The notes below the pieces were generated by a model. It worked only from the letters and a program-made list of their open reading frames with translations. It ran no database searches and was not told the DNA's origin. Below, in pieces: positions 50,440 through 64,000 of a stretch of 64,000 bases of DNA. A program made the translations under genes and the position numbers. Location of the stretch: assembly GCF_040938485.1 (NCBI RefSeq), contig NW_027272004.1, positions 682,001 through 746,000 on the forward strand. The letters run 5' to 3'. Position 1 is the first letter of the stretch. Each line of letters begins with the position of its first letter. This DNA is from Diadema antillarum. Its lineage: Eukaryota.

Positions 50440-53400
50440 TAAAACCATGAGATGCGTTGTACACATTGGAACAAAATCTTTCAAATTTTTCTCTATTCTC
50501 ATATAAGTAACAATTATTTAAAAAAAGAGTTTTTAACACAGATTTGAATTTATCAAAATCTGTAATTCATCTATAAATACTGAAAGGGAGAATATTCCAT
50601 AATGATGGTGCCATTTTACCAAAAGCCCTATCAGCAACTGTTTTAGATTTGACACATATTTACAGAGAGGAGTTGTTCTTTCTTTATTTTTTTTTTTGAG
50701 CGCAGATTACGACCGGAATGATATGGCTTGATGAGTTCACTGAGGTATGCAGGGCATAGATAGGATAAAGTATTAATGCCATCATTATGTTGCTGTCAAG
50801 CTTGAACAGTTTATTCAATCCTATAAAGTTGGTGGAAATACGCTACTGGCAGTGGCAATGATCTCTCTTGCCTTAACAGGAAGGTATCCAACTCATCTGG
50901 ACTAGTAGACGAGGCTTGATGACAGTGGTTTAATGGATATTAGCGAGTTTTGGCAAGCACGACGCGGCCGGTAGTTGAGCGTGCCGGGTGCCAAATTTTC
51001 TTCTGCGCATGATCAAATCCGAGAAACGTCCCGTCCTGGGGATAACTAGTGAGGTACTCGGCCAAAATTGCGTTCGGTCCTGATGCTGGGCAGTATTGAG
51101 CCAGCCAGCCAGCAAGCCAATCAGTGATCTTGTCTCCACGCCTCCGTCCTGTACAGGAAAGCGAAACTGCTCAGATATGGGGACGGGAGTCCGAGTACGG
51201 GGACTGTCACAGCTGATTGCTTCCGCGTACTCTCGGTCTTCCCGTTGTGTAGTGAAAACTCCCTAATTACTCTGTTTGAAACAACCCGGGTAATTGAAGT
51301 CCAGAGCAAGAATGAATCATCCCCAGAGGACCTGTCATGCAGTTTATTTCGTAGGGGTAGATGCTTCATTACACCCCATCAGTGGTCCTAAAGGTCGAAT
51401 TATCCTTCACAGGCACATAGTAAGGAGCATTAATATCAACCTGTCTCCATTAAAGAGGAAATCAAGTCCAAAAATAAGTTAGTTCGATAAAAAAAGAAAA
51501 ATCTTGCGAGTTCAACGTTAGAAATATTGACTGAAATTGGAGGAAAAATAAGGAATTTGTGACATTTTGAAGTTTTGCTAATATCTGCAAAACAGTTCTT
51601 GTACAGTGGATATGAATATGCAAATGAGTGAACTGACCATGTCATAACCTGACCATGTCATATTTTGTTAATGTACTTTTTTGAAATTACTACAAATTTG
51701 TTTTGTTTATGCATTGTATATAATTTCTCCTGTTTATTTAATGGAAATGAAAAATAAAATGACAAAAGTTACAAAAAGTTACCTCGCAATTTTCCATTGA
51801 TCGTGTACAAAAAATGACGAAAATTCAGTGTTTCTGTCGTTGAAGTGCGAAACATGATGTTGTTCCTGGTTGAATAACTTCAGAATAGTGATCAGTTAGA
51901 TATACGAGGATTTGAGCCTTGGGCATAAATAAAATTTTGAATTTTTACAGTTTTGGCGAAATCATCGCTTCGTATGAAGAATACTACACTTCATGACGCT
52001 ATCATGTATAAATTATATCAAAGACAATTCTACAATATTCTACTTTTCTGCCATGATAAATGAGTATACTTGACTTACCTCTGTCAGAAGGAAGAGGAAT
52101 GATAATTTCACTTAACATAAGTACGTCAGAAACAAATAGATGGAAAGTGCACCTTTTAAGAAAACAAAAAGAATATTTTTTTTTATTTCAAATGCTTATA
52201 TATTAGTTTATTAAGCAGGAGCTTGTTTCATTTGAGTAATAATGAAAACAAGTCTACAGTGACCTGTAGATTACTTTAGGATTATCAATATTCATGGTTT
52301 ATAAATCATGACTTACAGCAATGAAGTTGGTGAATTGCTCACAATTGTACATGAAAGACATGGATACATATAGATACATTGTATAATAAAACTGTCAGTT
52401 ATTTTACTGCAAATACAATCACAAAACTATGATTCATTGTACATATACAGTAAATACTTAAGATATAGAATTTCACATCTTTGCTACGAAGAAATTGCCT
52501 TTTGGTGCAATTTGGACATTCTGCTGAGGTGCTTGTGGGAGCATAGGATACCATGTATGTGTCTGTGATCATGTGTATGTCATGTGTATGTATTCATGTG
52601 CATTTTAAATGTTTGTGTGCATGAGTGTGAGTATGTTCAAGTATATGATTTTGTTTGCAGCAATGAAATTGCTAAATTTCTCCCAGTTGTACATATAAGA
52701 CATGCATACATGTATATGTGCCTGTGAGCATGTGTTTGTGTGTATGCACGAGTTTGTGTGTGTATATGTATGTGTGTGTATGTATAGTTATGTGAGGATG
52801 TATGTGTGTTTAATGTATGGATTATGTTCTTACTATTGGATTTTTTTTAATGAGTCCTTATGATGAAGCACTACCATTCATTGAACAATATTAAATCTTT
52901 GCTCTTGTGCTAGTGTGTATTGCCCTTTTTACCCCCCCCCCTTCTACCAAAAACAAAAATAAATAAATAATTAATAAATAAATAAAGTAGAGATAGGGGT
53001 GATTTTCTGTTTACTGTAGCAGCAGCAGCTGTGGGAAAGAAGAAGAAGAAAAAAAAAATCACGGCTGACAGTTTCCCAAAAAGTTCAAAAAGAATATTGA
53101 AATTGTCCTGAATATTTTCTTTATACATGTGAAGAGCTTGTTTGCTAAAACCGATGAGTCCATTTTTGAAGATTTTGAAGTGCGGTCTCTGTCACAAAGT
53201 ACAAAATAATACCTTTTAAATGATATATTTTTCACTACATATAAAGGCACATTTTCAAAGTTATGATCAATCATTATTCTCTTTATTTTTCTTGACCTTT
53301 AATCGCAAATATCTCCATTTGGCAAATATGGACTTATCGGTTTTTGCGAACAAACTCTTCATGTATTATTTTTCAAAATGGCGTGATGAAGTGCAGTAGT

Positions 53401-53764
53401 CTCCTTATTCAGTGGTTACAGCACACAAACTGTAAAAGTTCATAACTATTGAAGTGGTCTGTCGAATATTCTTCAAACTCTCATCGATGTGTTCTGCCTG
53501 CAACATTGCTATTATTTTTCTCTCAATCCATATTCATATCTCGTTTGTCTGGCTCCAATGAAGGTGTAACTTCTGATGTATTAACTTGCTGTTTGATAAT
53601 CATGAACAATGTCATGACAGTAGGGGCAGGTCCGTTTAAAGACAATCTTTATCAGGAAGAGCGTGTGTATTTCAATGTAGGGAGGAGTGTGTGTGTGTGT
53701 GTGTGTGTGTGCATGTGTGTGTGAGTGTGTGTGTAAGAAGGAGGGGGCGAAATTTCGCAGGAGA

Positions 53765-55007
53765 GTTTGTTTTGTTTTGTTTTTTATTGTTCCATATTCC
53801 ACATTTCAACAAATACATAAAACATAGACATCACGATACAAAAGCCTGGATGAATTGTCACGTACAGCTTATAAGACAATAAAACATGTGAAATATGAGG
53901 AATCTACATAGAAGCATTGCTTGTAGGGTGTAGATTCCCAGATGCGGATGTGAGATTATTTCTTACTTGGGTATGTAATTAAAGGAATGACAATTTCTGA
54001 ATTGGAGAAATATAAACGCCAAAAAGTAAAAAGAAAAAGAAAAAAGAAAACAATGAAAACAATGTCCGCGGCACAGACTTCTTGAGTGTTGCGTGATCAC
54101 CCGAGCGAGATACAAGTCAGATGCAGTGTACAATAGCAGAGATACCAAATGTGTACAAAGGAAGTTCAGGAGATAATACAGAAATCACGAGCGAGGCACA
54201 TGTTACATAATCGATAATGTCAGTAATGTGAAGTATGAACAGAGAATATCGAGGAGGATTGAAGAATAGCTATAGATATGAATTCAGAAAAACTAGTTTA
54301 AGTTTATGTTTAAATGAATAAAGAGACTGAGATTGGATTATTTCTCTATCCAACTCATTCCAAAATTTAGGTCCTGTAGTGGTTATTGTTTTTAAAGCAG
54401 ATACGGTTCGTACAGGAGAAAGATGAAAAGAATCTTTTTGTCTAGTAGGGTAAGAATGAACTTCAGTATTTTTGACAAACATCGAAGAAAACACATCAGG
54501 GAGACCACCTGAGTTTAATTGATACATAAATGACCCGATATTAAAATGATATAAATCCTGGATCTTAAGTGTTCTACTGGAAAAGAATAAGACATTAGTG
54601 TGTTCGAAAAATGTGGCGAAGTTAATTATCCGTATAGCTCTTTTCTGTATCAATAATAAAGAATTAAGTCTAGTTGTACAGCAGTTTCCCCATGCCAGGA
54701 TTCCATAACCTATATAAGGCAAAAATAGAGTAGAATACAATGAATGCAGAACATGTTTAGGAAAAAACTGTTTTAACTTATACATAACACCTACATTTTT
54801 TGATAATAATTTACGCAAAGAATCAACATGAACTTTCCATGTCAACTTACAATCAATATAGAGACCAAGGAATTTTATATGTTCCACCTGGTTCAATTCT
54901 ACGTCGTTTACAACCAACTTACCCGGTAAAATATTGATTATATTGCTAAAAACCATAAATTTTGTCTTGGCCAAATTCAATGACAATTTATTAGCCTGAA
55001 TCCACTT
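53765..55007 (-). mobile_element. 5'-truncated non-LTR retrotransposon (CR1/L2 group, Crack-like)
   Basis: ORF2 C-terminal fragment, a UTR of about 500 bp, a 3' stem GGAATCTACA/TGTAGATTCC (53899-53938), AATAAA (53788-53783) and an (AAAAC)n tail. Confidence 0.9.
54270..55007 (-). pseudogene. LINE ORF2 fragment: end of the reverse-transcriptase domain plus C-terminal region
   Basis: KWIQANKLSLNLAKTKFMVFS...EHIKFLGLYIDCKLTWKVHV...LYSTLFLPYIGYGILAWG...LLLIQKRAIRII...GPKFWNEL...FKHKLK. These are typical CR1/L2 RT-thumb and C-terminal motifs. The frame stays open for about 245 codons. The YADD catalytic region is lost to 5' truncation. Confidence 0.92.
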
Positions 55008-55074
55008 GTGACACTGTCATCAAGATGATGACCCCTTTGTCATCTCTACCCGAAAGCTCGCTGAATTTTTTTCC

Positions 55075-55077
<3 letters not shown>

Positions 55078-55122
<45 letters not shown>
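55078..55122. repeat. (TA)n microsatellite
   Basis: Seen directly. Confidence 0.95.
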
Positions 55123-55126
<4 letters not shown>

Positions 55127-57858
55127 ATGTAGTGACGTAATATAGAATGTGTTACAAAGAAGGTAACTTTACGCTTTTTACGCGAAAATAGTTGAGAATA
55201 AAATTGGAAATGCAAGAACAAATTCGGACGACTTAATGACATCAAATATAATTATTATTAAAAGATGCACTATATATTCTTTCAGCAAATCAGAGAGAGA
55301 GAGAAAAGAAAGAAAGAAAGAAAGAAAGGGAGTGGAGAGAGAGAAAGAGAGAGAGAGAGAGAGGGAAACCACTGACACTCGCACTTTTTTTTAAGAATCA
55401 TCCACCATGTTGACGTTGTTATGGCATAAACACGTGACACATACTCCTGAAGTTCAAGAAAAAAAAAACTGATGTATGATCATCATCCATCACTCTTTCT
55501 GTCAGCTTGAAAATATGACGTGTGAATTTGTCAATCTAAAGTAGATATCCTCAACAAGATTACAACAACCGTCTCCACCGCCATCTCTCTCTCTCTCTCT
55601 CTCTCTTTCTCTCCCCCCCCCCCCCTCTCTCCCTCTGTGCAGGCTCCCGTGTCATCCATGCAAGGGGATTACACTGAAGAATTATAATCTCTCTTCCTCT
55701 TTGCATTCAACGTCGAAAGTAAAATGGCTTTCAACTTTTTCCAGCATGACTCTATGCGATCAGACGAATGTGATCAGATTATATCTGCTGCTACCTCGTT
55801 GGCTGCTTTTATCATCAGTCTGCTGTCGGGATTACCTTCTTCCCAATGCTATTAGTAGCAAAGTTCCTTTTTAGTGAAATGCGTGCAACCTGTCCTTATC
55901 AAATTAATATCTTTACGTTTGGCAGGGAGGCGAGGCGCCAAAATGAACAGTCAATGAATATCGTGTCATCTTAATGAAAGCTGACGAGGCAGACGTGTGA
56001 CAACTTCACGCGCCAAAATATCATACATCGTGGTTGCATCTGAAACCCTTTCAGACGTTGTGTCATGCGTGATGTCTCTACAAGTGGAGAGAGATCCGTT
56101 CATCTTCACACGAAAATACGCAAGCACTCCGCGTCTGCAAGTACTTATTTTCATCGAAGACACGAATTATTGTGTCCATACAGACATGTACGAGTAATGC
56201 CCTATGACATGATACAATAGAGTAGATGCAAATATGACTAGAAATTGCGAGAGAGAGAACCTGTTAAAGTCTTCTAGACTTCATGTCTTTAAAGTGATTA
56301 AAGGGCAACGAGTAATGTGTTTCTCTGCTGTAGGCCCATCTACTAAAACATTCGCTTATTCAAAATGTTAGAACAGAAAACATCAGTTCAGGTTTTTGCA
56401 AACTCCATGGAACAGGTCTTGGCCTAGCATCCCTTAAGAATATTACAGGGATTCAGTTGCGGCTCAGTCAAACTATCCTAAGTATTGTATCTGACATTTA
56501 AAAATAGTGAACATTTACTGCTAAAGTTGCCTGGATTCCACAAAGATTAAAGCATATTAATCGTGCTATACACAGACTTCACTTGTAAAAACGGATAAAT
56601 GCCATTTCAGCGCTATTAAGTAAGCTCATCATCTTTTAGAGACAATCTAAATCTTTTCAATGATACTGCAGCAGCAGCTGCACTCGTTACATATCAACTA
56701 ATGTTTTTGAAGAATTTAGTAAAATCATCTCATGTATTTTTTTTTTTTTTCGGCAGCTACAATCTCAAAAAGGTTGATGAAAATGGGATTTTTTACATTT
56801 AAGATATGATATATAATCTATATGTAATGTACTATCACGAAAGCCCTGTAATGCCGAGAAAATTCTTCTTTTTCATTTTGACAGGCACGAATTTGCTAGA
56901 TGCCACGCTTTAAATTGACATATGATTTGTGAAACAGCACCGCAAAGCCAACAAAAAAAAAAATCACCAGACATGATATTTTTATTTATTTTTTTATTTT
57001 TTTACTTGGGCAGATTCTAAAAGAGCTGGATTTAAGCTTTGAAATGATGCATAACTCAATTCAAATAGATTCTCCTGACCTAATCGAGATATTGGAAAGA
57101 AAGCACACATTCTGAAAAAGTGTGAACTGAGAAAAGAGGTTCTAAAATAAAGGGTGTGTTCAAGCCCTCAATCTTACCTAGCTGTGTACTTTGCAATGAA
57201 TGAGACAAGAACTGGAAGTAATACCCCATAGCAACAATACTGAGAGGATTATCTTAATAAGCTGAAATTATGGATGCTTTCCCTATTCATGATTAATGCC
57301 AAATTTCAAAACAGTATAGCATCATTATTTTGAAAAGTTATTAGAGTTGAAAGTGAAGAGTGTGTAAAGGGTTTCTCAAGAGTTTCTTAGAAATGAAAAG
57401 GGGCTTCTAACACCAACCTAATCACACTATTCTACATGAAAGTGCAATCGAAAAACTATTAAAAACACAAATTCCCATTCGTTTTATGATGCCAAACTTT
57501 AGAAAACTGAAGAAGGAGAATTGTTCCTTCAGAAAATATAAAAAACTCAAGATTGACTAGCATTCAGATTCAGATTCAAATGTATTCATCAAAATGTTCA
57601 TTGTCCATCTGGGATTTTTTTTGTGTGTGTGTTGGTATATGGGCGTATACGTAGCAATATCTACGCACATACACACACACATACATACATGAAAACTATA
57701 CTATTCATATACGTATACACATCATGAATAAATATAATTTTCAATATAACAATGAAGAGCTTACTTCCAAAATACACTAAATCCATTGAAAAATGATGGA
57801 TTTACCACCTTTTGTGAGCTCCAACTTTATACAAGTAAGATGATAACGCGCCAAACAT

Positions 57859-57863
<5 letters not shown>

Positions 57864-57893
<30 letters not shown>
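57864..57893. repeat. (GT)n microsatellite
   Basis: Seen directly. Confidence 0.95.
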
Positions 57894-57897
<4 letters not shown>

Positions 57898-60800
57898 ACA
57901 CGTGTGCGTGTAAGCATGTAATATGCGTAATGATATTTTGCTACGTTGTTTAACGTTTATCGTTTATCTTATGTACATTTTCCTATCAATTTTATTGTAT
58001 CATCTCAATATGCCTTTTTCACCTGTATCTGAAACTACGAATAAAAATCTCTCGAGGAAACCTGACAATTTTGTCACGGGCATCCAAAACCATATTTCTT
58101 TTTAATAGAGTCGCTGTATCCATGTTGTTGACGCAATGTGTGACAAAAGTTCTGCAATTTATTCCTAGATATACCAGGAAGCCAGGGGACCCAATATGAA
58201 TGGAACACTTCTACGAGCCACCTGTCCCCTTCATAGCATCAACCACCACCGCAGTTGTCAAAATCTGTGGCAATATACCTCTAAGCAGATGGCAACGTGT
58301 CCGTATATGTCAATACTGGGATATCATAATATACGTAGAGCAGGTAAAGTGAAAATGAGACCTTTAAAAAGTGCACCACGTGATTAATTTCTTGTTTACT
58401 TATCGATGGAGTGTGTCAACTTGACAAGCCATCAGCCCTGTTTCATTGTGGCGTTACATTTAGCACTAAATTGGCAACCGATGTCTGTTGTATGTACAGA
58501 GAGAAAATAAATGTCATTCGGGCATCGCTGTTCTTCATTTCTTTTCATTTTGTCATAATAATACCACAATATTATAACAGTTTCAGCTCTTAAGATGCTA
58601 CCAATATATGTGTCAAGGTAGAGTATCTGTGTAGAGTGTCTGTTGTTGAATTTGGGGAGGAATTTTGGAAACAATCAAATGGTTAAAATCTAACAACTTA
58701 GGGAATGGTATTGTAAAATCTCCGCTCATTGGAGAAAATAGATGGTATTAGTATCTCTAACATACGCAGTGAAGATGAAGTCCTTTGGCAAGAACCACTA
58801 CCTAGCGAGCAATCAGGAATCATACAAGAGGGATAAAGAGCTTTATTGTAAAGTGAGCTAAGCAGCGCCATGTTTAAACATTTCAAAGTAAGTCCATCAG
58901 ACAGAGCAAAATTAAAGCTTTCCTGTAACACTGTGACATAGCAAGGAATTTTCTAGAAGTTATGGTTAAACAAGTTCTGTATTTTCTTCTTAGTATCTTT
59001 TTTAGCAGCGTTAATCACAAATATCTCAACTTAACAAGAATGGAGTGAGCTCGTTTTGCGATAAAACTCTTCATATTCAACATACGACAGCGAGCAGACA
59101 CGGAAGAAGCCTCAGAGTTATCTCTAAATTTTCAGTCGCCTTGAGAAGAAATTGGCTTCTTCGTGAGGTTACTGCCAACATAAGACCCTAAAATGAAAGT
59201 TTTTCTTTGTTTGAAGGAATGATATGAATTAAGATTTGTACCTTCAATTTTCACTTGAATTTCAAAGAAATATGCATTTTGTCATGTTAATAGTCTTGAA
59301 GGAAACTCTCGGAGTAATGACGTGACAAAGTCGATAATTCGAAAAAAAACCCCACAACAACACATGACAGTACAATAGAATTCGAATTAATGTCTCATTC
59401 AAATTGTATTTTAACGTAGACAAACTTAATTACACAGTTTGGATGTCGTTTTCACAACGCTTTAATGCAATTAAAATAGACATTTGTGTATATGCTATGG
59501 ATGAAATATCAGTTAATACATGAAAATGTGCTTGTGAATAACTGTTTCTGAGATGCGGAAGAATTGATTACATGACTATACGATTGCATGCGTTTATCAA
59601 GACAATGAATAAACATGAACATTTGAGCACTGTTCTCTGTGGTAGTATCTGATTTGAGAGTATGAGCCTTCCCTTGAGTTGAGAAACGGCAAGAAAGAAA
59701 ATTATAACGACTGGACACTACGCCAGCGATTGTACTTTAAATCTTTTTATACCTTGCAAGAGTAGCGGAAATTCTGTACTAAAGAAGGCTGGAAACCACA
59801 CATCATCTGGTCAAATTAAGAACTCGAATCTCAAAAAGTCCCAAGAATCTCACACTTTGTACTGTCTCTCATTCTCGGAGTTAATACCAGCCAAAGTCTT
59901 CTCGCGAGCTCATAGATATGTAGGTTAATCCTGTATCACTCAGACGTCATGTGCAAAATGAAACTTTTCCCACTGCCTATAAAACATGGGGACCGGGGTG
60001 TGCCTCGTGTGACAGGGCAAGTTTCAGGAACTATATTCGTTGTTTTCTGAATGCAGAGAGATCATTAAAAGACCAGTGAAAGTTTGGGAAGCATAGATTA
60101 AGATATTGAAATGAGTGAAGTTTACAAGATTTGGTAGCGCCCTCTCTAGATAGGAACTGTACAGCAATTCAAGATGTTGTGGGGCGACCTAATGAAACAA
60201 AAAAAGACTCTTTGCACAATTTTATATTTCCATATTTTTGCCGTGTTTTAGGGATATTTTAATGCACATGTATTTCTTCATAAACTCCTGACGCTCATGT
60301 ATATCATTCTGGAGATACATTATTTAGAGACGATTGAAGTACTTTGATATCATGTAACTATATTCAAAAGTAAAAAAAAAGTTCTCCAAACATTTATTTA
60401 CTTTTATAAACTGTCTTAGGTAGAAAAGCACTTAATGGAAACGTATTTTTCATTTCCTCTCATTGTGCCTAGTTTCTGCGAAGTTTTATTTAAATGGAAA
60501 GTTCACATCGTTCTTAAAGAAAACACTGATATCTTTTTGTTCTCCCCCGTTTTATTCATTTTTGTTTTGTACAAAAAAAGATGATTCTTGATTTTAGCAC
60601 TGATAAATATTTGATGAAATTCAACGCTTTACTGGTTAAAATGTAACAGTATATCTCATCACATTATACGTATGAATCGATACACTATTTGTTATTCATT
60701 TTCTACACAATTTACCTCTCCATCCATTTTATGCCGAAGGAGGGATGAAAGGGGAAGGAGCATTAATCAAGGAGTTGTGAATACCTTGACAAAAAATAAA

Positions 60801-60906
60801 AGAAAATAAAAGCATTCGGGGCACTAAAAAGTTGATAAAAAATCGATGCGAAGAAAATAGACGGATAGAAAAGGAGTAAGAGGAGAAGAGAGACAGTTTA
60901 AGTGAG

Positions 60907-60910
<4 letters not shown>

Positions 60911-60947
<37 letters not shown>
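60911..60947. repeat. (GA)n microsatellite
   Basis: Seen directly. Confidence 0.95.
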
Positions 60948-60955
<8 letters not shown>

Positions 60956-62346
60956 AAAAAAAATCAAGCAAACACATGACCATCACCAGTTTATGCGTGG
61001 CTGTTCGACCCTTGGTGGTTTGATTAAAGCGTTCGCTCATGGCGTGCACTTGATCAACGAGGTGAGAGAGGAACGATTTGAGATTCAACATGTCGCAGAC
61101 GGTTCCTAAGTATAATGACGTTAACTTGATTAGCTCGCTGTTCAGAAGAAGAGCCTCTGATGTGCTGTAAATCCCAATCTAGTCACCACCGCCTTCCTTG
61201 ATAAGTGCGTGCCACACTTTAACTTAATCGTGTTCATATATACGGTTGCTGTCGGTATGTAGCAATAATCAAATCATGATTAATTGAAGTGTAGTTGAAT
61301 TTAAAGACTTAAACGGATTGAAATAGTAATAGCTCAGAGTAAATGAGACATTTACACCAGTGGTATCAGTGCTTAATATATCTTTTCTGTTATGCAATCA
61401 AGCGAACGTTCGGTCATCGTTGTCATTTTTTAGCATCTCCTTGCCAAAGAATATGCTAAATCAGTATGTAGAAGAATACTATTGTGTCACACCTACTGTA
61501 GAATTGATATGGTTTGGGAAATACTTTATAATTGATGTCACGATACAAGATTTTCATGCGATGGTGTCTGCTTAGGAAACATATCTATTCTCTTCAAAGA
61601 AGACAGAGGATCTTTTCACCTTTCCATCTATACTGTTATTCCAATTTTTGTGTTTTGTAGGGATATCTCTTGTAACGTTAAAAGATAATATGTGTGTTCT
61701 GTCTATAGTAAGACTGAACAATTCGTAGATTGACAGGATGAAATCGTTAATCCTGTTTAGTATGAGCCTATCCGCCAGTCTGAACACTCCCAGGAAAAGC
61801 TGGGAGGGTTTACATTGGACTCGGACGTGACTGTCACAGGACCATCAGCCTTGAGTGTTTGTTCGTCAGTAGGAGGCGCTCCGCCATCTGTGCACCATTG
61901 AAACATCCTCCTCGGATTGAAAAAAGCAAGGCATGCAAAGGTATGAATATTTTGAACTCGCCTAAACGAAGGCATTGTTTCTCGAAGACGGGAAAGAGTT
62001 TATGGTCTCTCTCAAGAGGTTCTTGCCTAAGAAGTCGAAAAGGGCAACAAAGGCTGACAGTAAGAGAGAAAGAGACAGAATCATTGTAAGAGAAGACAAA
62101 CTTGAAGTCAGTAAGCTTGAGAAATGGTGGGCGAGATAGATGTAAAGAGGAAAAACAAAACAAAACTAAAAGCAGAACTTTTGATTATCGAAGCGGTAAA
62201 GCTATGATGTGTTTTCGGGTTTATTTTCATCCAAAAATATTTCTTTAGAATATTCTTCTTACAGACGCTCGTTCGGAAGACACACACCCTCATACATATA
62301 TGTAAAGTATAATACTTGTCATGCCTGCCGAAAAAGAACACAATTG

Positions 62347-62662
62347 TACACAGTGTGTTCACAGTCTGTTCACAGTGTGTTGACAGTCTGTACACAGTGT
62401 GTTCACAGTGTGTTTACAGTGTGTTCACAGTGTGTTCACAGTGTGTTCACAGTCTGTACACAGTGTGCTCACAGTGTGTTCACAGTGTGTTTACAGTGTC
62501 CCCAGTGTGTCCACAGTGTGTTCACAGTGTGCTCACAGTCTGTTCACAGTGTGTTTACAGTGTGTTCACAGTGTGCTCACAGTGTGTTCACAGTCTGTAC
62601 ACAGTGTGTTTACAGTGTGTTCACAGTGTGTTCACAGTGTGCTCAAAGTCTGTTCACAGTGT
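62347..62662. repeat. 11-bp minisatellite, consensus CACAGTGTGTT (about 28 units)
   Basis: Tandem variants cacagtgtgtt/cacagtctgtt/tacagtgtgtt/cacagtgtgct; a short relic of the same unit lies on the opposite strand at about 48448-48478. Confidence 0.95.
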
Positions 62663-62790
62663 CGACTACGCGAACACACTATGGAACAGTGTATTCACTC
62701 TACTATCAAATACGCTTGAAATTAACACTGTTCTTTAAAATGTTTTCTTTCGCAAGATTCATGTGTTTTGTAGCAAACTTTATCGTGTGG

Positions 62791-62826
<36 letters not shown>

Positions 62827-64000
62827 TTGACACATTTTCCTTTCTGCTTCATAACTCACTGTTTAATTTGAATCGTAGTGTAACATGACTTTGGAGAATT
62901 AAATCAGTAGTTGAATAAAAGAACATTCAACGAAACCCATTGGACCAGGTATTTATTTAACTATGCACGTTATCAGTGAGTCGGAAAGTGCTGATTATCG
63001 ACAGTACTTGAACTCTGAAGTTTATTTTGATCAATCATCGAACAATAGCTCTCCTCACATCTCCCCACCACCCGAAATATTAATGCCTCTTTCGAAATTG
63101 ACATATCTGTTTGTAGGTTTCAAACAATATCATGGTCAAAAGAATACAAGTAATACTTTTTTTTTGAATTACCTTTAGAAAATAGGTATGTTTCTGTCTT
63201 ATTACTACATTTGTTTGTTTGTTTGTTTGTTTTCTTCACAGCAGCATTTCTAGATCTATGATGGGCCTACGTCTTGTGACTACACAGGAGATATATTTAA
63301 TCGATTTCTAATATTTATGACATATTTCCATGAAAGGTTGTCCATCTACTTTTCATGGTTCTTCATTTTTGGCACACGGTAGGCCGAAATGGTAACAATT
63401 TGACATAATCTTGTCCCTGAAATGGCTTATAACCATAAGAAAGGAAGTATTAAAGGATCTCCTTTCCCTGACTACAGATGAAATGTATAATGTGGTTCGG
63501 CCTATTAATTCTTTTAAACAGTTTGCTGGGTAAAATATATTCCTTCTTCTTGACATGCCACGTCTTTAATCATAGATGACGACCGATTTGATGAAATCTC
63601 TCACATTTGAATTTTACTTGTTTGCACTTTCTTTAACATGACCTGTGTAAACAAGGACAACAAAAACAACAATAAGAACAAAAAACAACATCAAGGAACA
63701 GTTTTTAAAGAAATCAAAATAGACTCGTCCGCTGGTAAAACCAAACGTCAAATTAATCTGAAATTTGGAAGGAATGTGATATAAGGCGTTTTATAAGCTC
63801 TGATTAGATCCTCGTATAAGCAGTAAGTTGTGATGGATTTGTGGCTGACAACGGGAAGGCGAACACTTTGAGGCTCTATTTATGGCTTTACCTTCAGTTT
63901 TAGGAAAGGAAAACTTCTATCAGGAAACGATCCATTAAAATCAATCAATTTGACATTTGACTTCGTTTACGTAATTTCTAGCGTGACAGATAATCAATGT

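Noticed and set aside
41874-50539. ORFs containing long X runs
   Set aside because: Artefacts of translating through assembly gaps.
61960-62140. Lys/Arg-rich frame MVSLKRFLPKKSKRATKADSKRERDRIIVREDKLEVSKLEKWWAR*
   Set aside because: Bounded by in-frame stops, purine-rich low complexity, no splice sites and no family recognised.
62209-62871. 220-, 140- and 106-aa Cys/Val-rich ORFs
   Set aside because: Translations of the 11-bp minisatellite, which has no stop codon on the plus strand.

Overview
AT-rich eukaryotic genomic DNA from a draft scaffold (four N-gaps), with no prokaryotic operon, CRISPR array or rRNA/tRNA gene. The repeat content and the one recognisable gene point to a sea urchin. 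The only host coding sequence I can support is absent from the ORF track. It is a 43-codon first coding exon on the minus strand (36570-36442: MNLTTCYLAILAAILAVAAGRNLDLGLPVVDLDADEFPQIEEQ|GTAAGA). It matches my recollection of the N-terminus of the S. purpuratus somatostatin-type (SS2, 'Spnp16') neuropeptide precursor, and it has a TATA box and a CRE-like/E-box/GC-box promoter upstream. I could not find the peptide-coding exon in 1-36441, so either the intron exceeds 36 kb or the assembly separates the exons. All five full CRE palindromes I found (TGACGTCA) lie in this inferred intron or about 1.1 kb upstream, and I saw none beyond 38.1 kb. The rest of the window is transposable elements and repeats: a 5'-truncated CR1/L2-group LINE with an open reading frame, two tRNA-derived SINEs, several non-autonomous TIR elements (TA-, TTAA-, 8/9-bp-flanked, two foldback families), hairpins, local duplications, an 11-bp minisatellite and microsatellites. 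I found no well-supported new biological system. The best leads are the neuropeptide gene and its candidate cAMP-responsive regulation. All motif counts were made by eye and need computational confirmation.
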